Virus record (IMG/VR): IMGVR_UViG_3300032288_004867
Location: 1-59,347 of that record
Direction: 5' to 3' (one strand)
Source of the DNA: a virus
Taxonomy: Duplodnaviria; Caudoviricetes
Length of the DNA: 59,347 nt
Shown here: positions 19,597-30,200 of the stretch, in pieces
Layout: each line of letters starts with the position of its first letter
Position numbering within the stretch: position 1 is the first letter of the stretch
Position numbers and translations under genes: made by a program
The notes under the pieces: model-generated
Seen by the model: only the letters and a program-made list of their open reading frames with translations
Database searches by the model: none
Told to the model about the DNA's origin: nothing

Positions 19597-21057
19597 TTAA
19601 AATGTTGAACCCAAAACTCTTAACCATTGACCATCAGCTTTCCAATAAAAATAAGTATCATCCCAAGTTATTGACCCATCTTCACCTATTGTATCAGAAC
19701 TACTTGTTGGTACGGCTTCAACTTTTTTAATTACAAAATCTGGTACATATACAGTATCATTAGCAGCACCATTAATATTTTGACCACCTAATACAGCACT
19801 TCTAACCCCACTAACAGTTGAATTAGTTGAATGTATAAAAGAAGTTTCACCAATAGCTATTGACGTTGAACCACCAGCATGTGAAAAATTACCTTGTGCG
19901 GTTGTACTATTACCTTCAGCGTGTGAACCAGTACCAAAAGCTATTGTTAATTGACCTTCTGCATGTGAATAATTACCACTAGTAACAGTATATAAACCTT
20001 CAGCATGTGATGCATTACCTTGTGCGGTTGTTTGAAAACCCTCAGCATGTGACGCACCAAGTTGAGCAATAGTATTATAACCCTCAGCATGTGAATAAGT
20101 ACCATTAGCAGTTGTTTGTCTACCTTCAGCGTGTGAAAATTGACCAGTAGCCTTTGTTGAATAACCTTCAGAGTGTGATGCTGTATTTGATGCAGTTGTA
20201 CCAGAACCTTCAGTATGTGAACCATTACCACTAGCTACTGTTTGATAACCCTCAGCATGTGAATTAATACCACCAGCGGTTGTTTGTCTACCCTCAGCAT
20301 GTGACTGGTCACCAATCGCTGTTGTTTCTTTACCTTCAGCATGTGAATAACTACCGCTTGATATTGTAGAGGCACCTTCAGCATGTGATGCATAACCAAT
20401 TGCTCTTGTATTACTACCCTCAGCATGTGAAGCAATATAAAAAGCTGTAGTATATTCACCTTCAGAATGTGATGAATCACCACTAGCAATTGTTTCTCTA
20501 CCCTCAGCATGTGACCAACTACCACTTGCTATTGTTGAAAAACCTTCAGCATGTGATGTATTACCACTTGCTATTGTATAAGAACCTTCAGCATGTGATT
20601 GGATACCACTAGCAGTTGTTGAATTACCTTCAGCATGTGATTTATCACCACTTGCTATTGTGCTACTACCTTCAGCATGTGAATAAGCACCAACAGCAGT
20701 TGTAAAAATACCTTCAGAATGAGACGTACTACCACTAGCTGTTGTTCCTCTACCCTCAGCATGTGATGCATTACCAATTGCAGTTGTTTCTCTACCCTCA
20801 GCATGTGAACCAAGACCACTAGCAGTTGTAGCATCACCTTCAGCAACTGCATAATCACCAGTTGCATCAGTTAATGTATCGTTTGAAGCTTTAATCGAAT
20901 ATGAACCAGTTGAACCACTAGTGAAAACAACTGCTCCAGATGGTGGTAAATTTAAATAAGTTGTTGCTGAAAAAGAACCAGCAACATTTAAATCACCACT
21001 AATATTTTGACTAATTAAAGAACCGTCATTGTTGTTAATAATGTAAGAAATAGACAT
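19597..21057 (-). CDS. SHAEG-repeat fibre protein, type A
   Basis: About 23 repeats. N-terminus MSISYIINN, C-terminus PTSSSD..G..GSITWDDTYFYWK..GQWLR. Confidence 0.75.
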   Translation of the reverse strand: MSISYIINNNDGSLISQNISGDLNVAGSFSATTYLNLPPSGAVVFTSGSTGSYSIKASNDTLTDATGDYAVAEGDATTASGLGSHAEGRETTAIGNASHAEGRGTTASGSTSHSEGIFTTAVGAYSHAEGSSTIASGDKSHAEGNSTTASGIQSHAEGSYTIASGNTSHAEGFSTIASGSWSHAEGRETIASGDSSHSEGEYTTAFYIASHAEGSNTRAIGYASHAEGASTISSGSYSHAEGKETTAIGDQSHAEGRQTTAGGINSHAEGYQTVASGNGSHTEGSGTTASNTASHSEGYSTKATGQFSHAEGRQTTANGTYSHAEGYNTIAQLGASHAEGFQTTAQGNASHAEGLYTVTSGNYSHAEGQLTIAFGTGSHAEGNSTTAQGNFSHAGGSTSIAIGETSFIHSTNSTVSGVRSAVLGGQNINGAANDTVYVPDFVIKKVEAVPTSSSDTIGEDGSITWDDTYFYWKADGQWLRVLGSTF

Positions 21058-21103
21058 AATATTATATTTTAATAATAAATATAATAAAATATATTAAAAA
21101 ATA

Positions 21104-22036
21104 TTAAAATGATGTAATTATTACCAAACCATCTCCACCATTTCCACCTCTACCACCAGTACCATTATAAGCACCACCACCACCACCACCACCAGAACCA
21201 AATGAACCGTTACCACCATCACCACCATTACCTGTTTGTGCACCAGCCCCACCAGCACCACCACCACTAAATAATGGATTTCTAGATAAACTATCCATTG
21301 ATGTTAATGTTGGCCTAAAACCATTTTCACCACTTTGACCAGAAACTAAACCACCATTTATTGTTGGTATAAATCCATTACCAGTAATGCTAGCACCAAC
21401 TGAAATAGTACCACCAGCGGTAGTTCCACCACCCCCACCACCACCAGTTAATAAACTAGTAACAGATACATTTGTTGGTGTTGAACCAATTGATGAACCA
21501 ACGGTTGAACTAGCAGAAGCAAATGAATTAACAATACCAATATAACTAACTGGTCTAGCGGTTGAAAAAGTAAAACCACCAGCAGCACTACCAAAAGTAC
21601 CAGACCCAGATGATAAACCACCACCACCACCAGTCGCAGCAGTACTATTACTCATTAGTAAAATATTTTGATTAGTAGAAAATGGGTTAATAGATATGTA
21701 AGAAATACCTCCAGCAACACCAGCAGACCCATTAGCACCAGCACCACCAGCACCACCAGCACCACCAGCACCAACTTGAATATATAAAATATCTGGTAAT
21801 AATGATGCTAAATAAAAACCTTTAGTTATGGCAGAACCACCACCACCAGAACCACCACCAGATGAGTTTATTGAAGAACCTCTACCTCCACCACCACCAG
21901 AACCACCACCAATAGCTAAAATACTAATAAATTTACAATTTTTAGGTTTTTGCCAAGTTTGCCATGCAGTAGAACCATTGGTGTAAAATATATCTGTATT
22001 ATAAGAACCGTCAACAAAATTAAATAAATCAATCAT
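21104..22036 (-). CDS. Glycine-rich adhesin-like protein, paralog 3
   Basis: WQTWQKPKNCKF, polyglycine tracts, GGRGGNGGDGLVIIT C-terminus. Confidence 0.7.
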   Translation of the reverse strand: MIDLFNFVDGSYNTDIFYTNGSTAWQTWQKPKNCKFISILAIGGGSGGGGGRGSSINSSGGGSGGGGSAITKGFYLASLLPDILYIQVGAGGAGGAGGAGANGSAGVAGGISYISINPFSTNQNILLMSNSTAATGGGGGLSSGSGTFGSAAGGFTFSTARPVSYIGIVNSFASASSTVGSSIGSTPTNVSVTSLLTGGGGGGGTTAGGTISVGASITGNGFIPTINGGLVSGQSGENGFRPTLTSMDSLSRNPLFSGGGAGGAGAQTGNGGDGGNGSFGSGGGGGGGAYNGTGGRGGNGGDGLVIITSF

Positions 22037-22051
22037 AAATTAAAAAAACAA

Positions 22052-22942
22052 TTACCAAGCTGTTATTATTACCAAACCATCACCACCATTTCCACCTCTA
22101 CCAGCATTACCAGCTGAACCAGCTCCACCTCCACCACCTCCACAACCAAATGCACCATCACCACCATTACTACCAGCACCTAAAGCACTACCAGAACCAC
22201 CACCACCACCAGTGAAAAATAATGGTTGTTGCATTGATGAATTAAATGATGTTATTGAGTTAAATCCACTAGAACCAACTTCAGATGTGGTTACCGCACC
22301 ATATATTTTTGGTACAAACCCAACTTCTGGTGAATCAATTGAACCACCACTAAAAGACAAAGCACTGGCACCACCACCAGCACCACCACCAGAAACAATA
22401 TTATTTATAGTAACTGAACTACCATTATTAGCAATAAGTCCAGCTCCACCAGATGAACCAATTACCGCTTGAAAATAACCTAAATAACTTAAAATACTAT
22501 TTGTTTGAATTGAAAGTGTTCCACCACCACCAGCAGTGCCAATAGCTAAACCACCATTACCACCATTAAAACCATTTCTCAATAAAACATTCCCAGATGT
22601 TGTGTTAGGTAAAAATGATACATATGATAAACCACCACCAGTACCATTAGCACCACTATTTCCACCAGCACCACCAGCACCAACTTGAATATATAAAATA
22701 TCTGGTAATAATGATGCTTGATAAAAACCTCTAGCTATTGCAGAGCTACCTCCACCACCTCCACCAGACCTATTTCCAGTACCAGCAGAGCCACCACCAC
22801 CTCCACCACCTCCACCTAATGTGAAAATATTTACAAATTTACAATTTTTAGGTTTTTGCCAAGTTTGCCATGTAGTAGAACCGTTAGTATAAAAAACCCA
22901 ATTAATTATATTAGTACCAGGAACATTAAAAATATCCATCAT
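22052..22942 (-). CDS. Glycine-rich adhesin-like protein, paralog 2
   Basis: Same architecture as its neighbours. Confidence 0.7.
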   Translation of the reverse strand: MMDIFNVPGTNIINWVFYTNGSTTWQTWQKPKNCKFVNIFTLGGGGGGGGGSAGTGNRSGGGGGGSSAIARGFYQASLLPDILYIQVGAGGAGGNSGANGTGGGLSYVSFLPNTTSGNVLLRNGFNGGNGGLAIGTAGGGGTLSIQTNSILSYLGYFQAVIGSSGGAGLIANNGSSVTINNIVSGGGAGGGASALSFSGGSIDSPEVGFVPKIYGAVTTSEVGSSGFNSITSFNSSMQQPLFFTGGGGGSGSALGAGSNGGDGAFGCGGGGGGAGSAGNAGRGGNGGDGLVIITAW

Positions 22943-22956
22943 AAATTAAAAAACAA

Positions 22957-23850
22957 TTACCAAGCTGTTATTATTACCAAACCATCACCACCATTTCCAC
23001 CTCTACCTCCAGCTGAACCAGCACCACCTCCACCACCTCCACAACCAAATGCACCGTCACCACCTTTACCACCTACACCAGCAGAAAAAGCACCACCACC
23101 ACCTCCACCTAAAAACATTGTTGGAGCTAATTTTGTTATTCCATCATTAGGGAAAGCAGTACATATACCAACTGAACCATTACCACCACCAACAGCACCG
23201 CCAGATATTAATGGTGAAAATGTGGTTGCAGCAACACTACCACCAGCGTTATTACCACCAGTATTTGTTGCAGTACCACCACCAGCTCCACCACATGTTA
23301 TTGTGGTTGGTGTAATTGAACTATTTGATGCTGAACCATTTGAACCTGGAACCGTACCAATAACACCTAAATAAGATAAAAATCCATTACCTTGAGAAAA
23401 TACAGAACCAGCTGTACCACCTAAACCAGATGATGAACCACCACCAGCTGCTACAGCTGTGGCACTAGTTAATAGAACGTTTGTTTTAGCTAAATTTGCT
23501 TCAAATGAAACATATGATATTGAACCTTGAGAACCAGTTGTATCAGCATCTCCACCATCACCACCAACCCCAACTAAAACGTTTAAATTATCTGGTAATA
23601 AATTAGCTGGAAATAAACCAAAGGTTGCGGAGGCAGCGGCACCACCACCACCACCAGACCTGTTGGTTGATGCTATTCCACTAACACCACCAGCACCACC
23701 AGCACCACCACCTAAAACAAAAATATACACAAATTTACAATTTCTAGGTTTTTGCCAAATCTGCCAATCACCTGTTGAAGTTGTACCTGATGCATTTTGA
23801 AAAAATATTCGTGTACTATTACTTTTTGGTATGTCAAATAAGTCAAGCAT
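22957..23850 (-). CDS. Glycine-rich adhesin-like protein, paralog 1
   Basis: WQIWQKPRNCKF...GGDGLVIITAW. Confidence 0.7.
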   Translation of the reverse strand: MLDLFDIPKSNSTRIFFQNASGTTSTGDWQIWQKPRNCKFVYIFVLGGGAGGAGGVSGIASTNRSGGGGGAAASATFGLFPANLLPDNLNVLVGVGGDGGDADTTGSQGSISYVSFEANLAKTNVLLTSATAVAAGGGSSSGLGGTAGSVFSQGNGFLSYLGVIGTVPGSNGSASNSSITPTTITCGGAGGGTATNTGGNNAGGSVAATTFSPLISGGAVGGGNGSVGICTAFPNDGITKLAPTMFLGGGGGGAFSAGVGGKGGDGAFGCGGGGGGAGSAGGRGGNGGDGLVIITAW

Positions 23851-23852
23851 AA

Positions 23853-24281
23853 TTAATATTTTCCACCTATAACTGTTGCACGATAACCACCAGCAACGCC
23901 TGTACCTAAAGTTACATAAATAGTATAACCTGGAGGCATTGCAAAATTTAATGGTAATTCATAAACTGGTAAAGCAGCGGTTGGTGAACCAGTTGTTGCT
24001 GGTAATGATATCTCATCGATTAAAACATTATTAGTTGCGGTAGCTGTTGTACTACCGTTATTTAACCAAACCCTAGCAACTGTTGCTATGTTGTTAGTAC
24101 CAGACGCATTATTTGGTTTAAATCTAATTCTCTGAACATATCCACCATTTGTGGCATCCGCTGTAAAAACTAAATAAATAGTACCTGATGTTAAATCAGT
24201 TGTTGCATTAACAGCGGTCATATTTGATGACCACTGTACATCTCCAATTCTTGAATAAACTGGTGCAGTATTTCCCGCCAT
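23853..24281 (-). CDS. Small beta-sandwich fibre adaptor-like protein
   Basis: 142 aa, beta-rich, between the giant fibre and the Gly-rich genes. Confidence 0.55.
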   Translation of the reverse strand: MAGNTAPVYSRIGDVQWSSNMTAVNATTDLTSGTIYLVFTADATNGGYVQRIRFKPNNASGTNNIATVARVWLNNGSTTATATNNVLIDEISLPATTGSPTAALPVYELPLNFAMPPGYTIYVTLGTGVAGGYRATVIGGKY

Positions 24282-24294
24282 AATCTTTTATTTT

Positions 24295-27200
24295 TTAAGT
24301 TAAATAGTTATTTATTGTTTGTGCAAATCCTAAACCAAAATCATAACCTGAATTAATGGTTAATGATGTAGAACCCGATGTTATTGTTATGTTTGAACCA
24401 GCAATGATTGACCTAAATTGTAAATCAAATCCTGATTTTTGGGCAAATATATTATTACCACTACCTAAGTTTGAAGCAGTATTAGGTTCACCACTTGAAT
24501 TAATAGTTAATTTAGTAGTTCCAGATGTTATAGTTACATTTGTACCAGCAGATAAAGTTCTAAATTGTAAATCAAGACCAGATTTTTGATAAAAAATACC
24601 ATTAGCACCTCCAACGTTTGAAGCGGTGTTTACTTCACCGCCACCACCAGAAGGTGACCAATAAGCATTACCATTACTATCTGATGCCATAAGCACATAA
24701 CCAGCTGTAGCTCCAGATGTGACTTGTAATTTAGTTGTTTTAGTTTTACCACTAACGTCCAATTTTTCAGACGGTGATGAGGTACCAATACCTAACCTAG
24801 AATTAGAATTATCCCAATGGAAATTTATGTTATAAGTTAAACCACTAGTACCAGACCAATAAGCAACTTTATTAGTAATACCAGAACCAGTTAATGTACC
24901 ACTACCAGAACCAGTACTAAAACCATTTATTGTTATATCACTAAGACCATTTCGATTTAAAGTTAATGTACCACTAGAATATGTACCACCAGTTACGTAA
25001 TAATCGGTAAAACCATTAACTAATAAACTAGTACCATTGTTCCTATTTAAAGTTAATGTGTCAGTTGAATTATTAAAAGTTGCACCAGTAAATGCTGTGG
25101 TAAATCTTAAATCATTTTCACCAACAACAATTGGATTTGATACTAAAACTGGTGAAGTACTTAATTTAACTTTACCTAATGTTGTGGTACTACCAGTTGA
25201 AACCCAACTATCTAGTTTACCACTAACATCAGCATATGGTATTGCATTAGCTGATGGAGTTGTAGTACCAATCTGGTCAGCACCACCAAATTGATGTCTT
25301 GTTGCATGAGCACTTACTGTCACACCATCCACAGTTCCAACACTTGTTATATTATTAGAACCCATGTTTAAGTTTCCAGACATAGCTCTACCACCATTAA
25401 CTAAAAGATATTGAGTATGGTCATCAGCACCAAGCCCTAATAGGTTTCCATGTACTGAAGAAGCATTTACACCTCCAGCCTTAAAACCAATAACAGGTCT
25501 AATGTCTTCAATTTGTGTAATACCACTAAAACCTTGTTCAATATAAATGTTTGCTATTTGAGAAACTGAATCAATAAAGAATGATGGTGGTGTTGGTAAT
25601 AATGCATTTTCAGCCTCAACTAATGTTGAATATTCATTCTGACCAAGTACTAAAAAATATTTTTCATAAATACCGTCACCAACAACATATAAAGTATGTT
25701 TTGTATAATAACCAGTAGTTAAACCAGATAAAGAACCATTACCATCATATGATGTGTTATTCACAATAGTTGTTGCAGAAGTATTCCAACCACCCAAACC
25801 ATCTCTATAATATTGTGTAAATGATATTTGGGTACCACCAGATGGTAAATATTCACTTGTTGAATAATAATATTCACCAGAAGTTACATCTAATTTAAAT
25901 GGTGTTGCATTTTCATTAACAATTGACCCTAATGCATATATGGGACCTAGCGCTTCTCTAAATAAATTACCAAATCTATTTGAAGTGTGGTCTGAATGTG
26001 ATGGACTTAAATCAATAAATGAAATACCAACGGAATTCGTAACAACTCTACCTAAAACAATGTTGTGAATTGAATTTGGTCTAGTACCAGAATTAGATAA
26101 TACACCGTTTTCATTTATAAAAATATATTTATTTTCATTAGCACCTAATGTAATTTGAGAATTATTCCAATCAATTCTCTTATGTATTTCTGGGGTTAAA
26201 GTTTTTGATAAATAACCAAAACCAGCGGCAGTGCTAACTGTAAATCCACTTACAATTGTAATTTCACCACCTTCCATAACACCCATCGTAGAACCATCAA
26301 AAATTAAAGTTGTAAAATCAGTATGTGTCCCATCAGCAAATGTTACTGAAGCTTTTCTAGTTATATCAAATTCACCATCATTTATATCTAAAAATGACCA
26401 ATAAACATCAGTACTTTGAGTATATAATTTTTCGTGATTAGAACTACCAGCAAATGTACCAAAAGTTGTTACTCTCTCAATATATAAATCCCATTCACCA
26501 TTTACTATACTAGCGTTATCAATATCAAATCTAACACCACCACCAACATTTGGGTTATAAACACCATATGTAAATCCATCAATAGTTGTTGTTGATGCAT
26601 TTAACTCTGCGTAATCTTGAATATAATACGCAGTAGAACCAGATACACCATTTGATTGACAATCAGCAACAAAAACACTTAATGTTGCACCACTTCCTGA
26701 TGCATAGTTACAATATGTTATCCCAGTACTACTTGGGAAATTATAATAATTTTCTAAATTTGCTAAAGCAAGAAAACCATTTGAACTTAAAATTTTTGAA
26801 CCGTATGTGTAAGTACCATTAAAATCTAAATATTCACCATAAAATTTAGTATCTTGAGTTACTGATTCCACCCAAAGATTTATATCACAATCATAAAAAG
26901 ATATTTTATGTGCTTGAGCAAAATCACCTATATCGTAACAATATAATCCAGAATATCCAGATGGTGCACCAGATAATGATAAAAATGATACCTCGTTATT
27001 TTGTCCAATTTTTATAATATGTTGATTATTTGTATTTGGTAATATTTGTGTGGTTTGAATATTACTACCAACAATACTAACATAAGGTGTTGAAGTTAAA
27101 TCAATTTCATTTTCAATAAATTGACCAGGCCCAACTTCTATTATATATCTACTATTTATTGAAGTTGTTGCACTAGCTATTAAATAATCAACAGCGGATT

Positions 27201-30200
27201 TTATAGAAGAAAAATCACCACCCTTTTTAGCTACAGTTATTACTCTAGCGTCTTGACCAACTTCATAAAGTGGTGAATTGATATTTATTTTTGTTTTTAA
27301 AAAATTATCAGTACCTTGTATTTTACCAGTTGCACCAGAATGTACAATATTAACATCTGTTGTACAATTTTCAAAATTTAAAGCAATAGCATCTATACTA
27401 GGTGCTGAACCAATTTGAGGTGCATATATACCAGTTGACCATCTTTGAAAATTAACCGCAGTTAATCTTAAAAATCCACCATTTTCAACATAAAAACCAG
27501 TACCAGCAGCAGCACCAGCTGACTTTGTTAATAAACAACCGTTTACTATAAACCCACAATTTGCCGCATCAGCTTTAGCGAATATCAAACCAGTAGTTGT
27601 AGAAATACCACCATTTGTTGACGTTACGTTACGTAATTGCATCCTACCTATACCACTACCATTATTCGTAGCATAGAATCCAATTGTAAATGGATAACCA
27701 CCATATTTAACATTTGAACATTGTATAATAATGTTAGCACCACCATAAGCAACAACTTTAGCGTGTGTATAGTTTGAACCAAACCTAACATTTTCAACAT
27801 AAGAAATTGCAGTTGATTGTGGTGTTGTTGACGATGAATAAATAATAGCTGATACGCCAGTATCAGTACAACCTTGAACCTGACAATCAAATAATGCTGA
27901 TTGGTCACTTAAATGTATTAATGTTTGTGAAGAATCATTAGCTTCAATTATTGTTGATAATGAACTATCACCAACAACAGATACCCAAGTTGGTATTGTG
28001 AAAGGGTCTTCATAATATATACCACCAGAAACTTTAACAGTGTATGTATTTGCTGATGAAGAACCAGTAATACTTTCAACAGCTAATTTAATAGAATTAA
28101 AATCGACACCAGTACTACCAGTGAGTGCAACTGTTATTGTATTATTTGTGTTAATTAAACTATTAATTGTTCTAATCTCAACATCACCTGTTGTTGCGTT
28201 TCTAACTAACACATTATCTGTGTTTGTATTTGTGTTAGGTGTAACATTTATATTTAAATTAGGAACATATACAGTATCATTTGTTGAACCTGTAATATTT
28301 TGTCCACCTAATACCACACTTCTAGAACCAGTTACAACTGAATTAGTTGAATGTATAAATGAAGTTAAACCACTAGCAATTGAATAATAACCACCAGCAT
28401 GTGAATTTGAACCTAATGATTCTGAAGACCTACCCTCAGCATGTGAAAATTCACCAAGTGCTGTAGTTGCATAACCTTCAGAGTGACTATAATCACCAAA
28501 AGCACTTGTACCTAAACCTTCAGCATGAGCTGTTATACCACTAGCTTTAGAGCCACTACCTTCAGCATGTGAATAATCACCTATAGCTTCTGTATCTCTA
28601 CCTTCCGCATGTGATGCTAAACCACTAGCTGTTGTTGAATAACCCTCTGAGTGAGATGCTTGACCACTAGCTGTATTAATATAACCTTCAGCATGTGATT
28701 GATTACCAGTTGCTTTAGAACCACCACCCTCAGCATGTGATGCAATACCACTAGCTGTTGTACCAGAACCTTCAGCATGTGAACCAAGACCAGTTGTTGT
28801 TGTTCCAGTACCTTCAGTATGTGATGATGAACCACTAGCCACTGTCCAAGAACCCTCAGCATGTGAACTAAAACCTATTGCTTTGTTTAACCAACTTTCA
28901 GCATGTGAATAATCAGCATAAGCTGTTGAACCTAAACCTTCTACGTGTGCAGTATAACCAACAGCAGATGTACTTCTACCTTCAGCGTGTGAATGGTCAC
29001 CAATTGCTGTTGTTTCTCTACCTTCAGAATGTGATGTATCACCAATAGCTTTTGTTTGATAACCTTCAGAATGTGATGAATTACCAACTGATGTTGTTAA
29101 AAAACCTTCAGCGTGTGATGAATTACCACTAGTGATTGCTCTATATCCTTCAGCGTGTGATGAATTACCATTAGCTGTTGTTTCTTCACCTTCAGCATGT
29201 GAATAGTTACCTATTGCTGTGGTTAAATAACCTTCAGCTACTGAATAATCACCAGTCGCATCTAATCCACTATCATTATTTGCTTTAATTGAATATAATC
29301 CAGTTGAACCAGATGTAAATACTGCTAAAGGTAAGTTTAAATAAGTAGCTGCTGAAAATGTATTAGCAGTTAAACCATTTGTGAAATTAGTTGGGCCATT
29401 AATAGTACCACCACTAAATACAGCTGGTGGTAAATTTAAATAAGTAGCTGCTGAAAATGTATTAGCGGTTAAACCATTTAAGAAAATAGTGTTACCAACA
29501 ACAGTACCACCAGTAAATACAGCTGGTGGTAAATTTAACCATGTTGATGCTGATATAGCATTTATTAAAACATAATTAGTAAAATTAGTTAAACCAGTAA
29601 CTGTACCACCAGTAAATGTTGTTTCTGGTAAGTTTAAATAAGTTGTTGCTGATATAGTTGTTGCTGTTAAATTATTTAAATTTGTTTCACCACTAACAAT
29701 CAAATTACCACCAATATTAGTATCACCAGTTATTGTATATGAACCATTTAATTTTTTTGTATTCACCCAAACTGAAGAACCATTATATGAACCACGCATT
29801 AATAAATCACCTTGCGTTGATGCACTTATTCTAGCATCATGTAATTCATCTAATTCCCAACCATTTGAAATATTGATAAATATTGAACCAACTGTTGCCG
29901 AAACTCTAACAACATAACCAATTAAAACAATATGGTTTGGTCCTTTTGGTTTTATTGAAGTATATCCACCAGCAACTGTTGGTGAAAGAAATATAGCGGT
30001 ACCACCAGTTAAACCTAAAGTATTTAAATTACTTATTATACCGAATGTTGTTACATAACCTTCACTACCTGGTGCAATATTTCTATCAACCATACCAAGT
30101 GTTGTAACAGAGTATCCATCACTTGTTGCTATAGCCCTTTTGACTGATGGTCTATTTCCTTGTGAACCAGAAACATAAACTATTTCACCTTTTTGTAATG

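Noticed and set aside
13700-20850. CRISPR-like periodic repeat/spacer pattern
   Set aside because: The 42-bp period is in frame inside long ORFs, the core is only ~14 bp, and no cas genes or leader are visible.
22212-23374. Proline-rich plus-strand ORFs
   Set aside because: Antisense of polyglycine codons.
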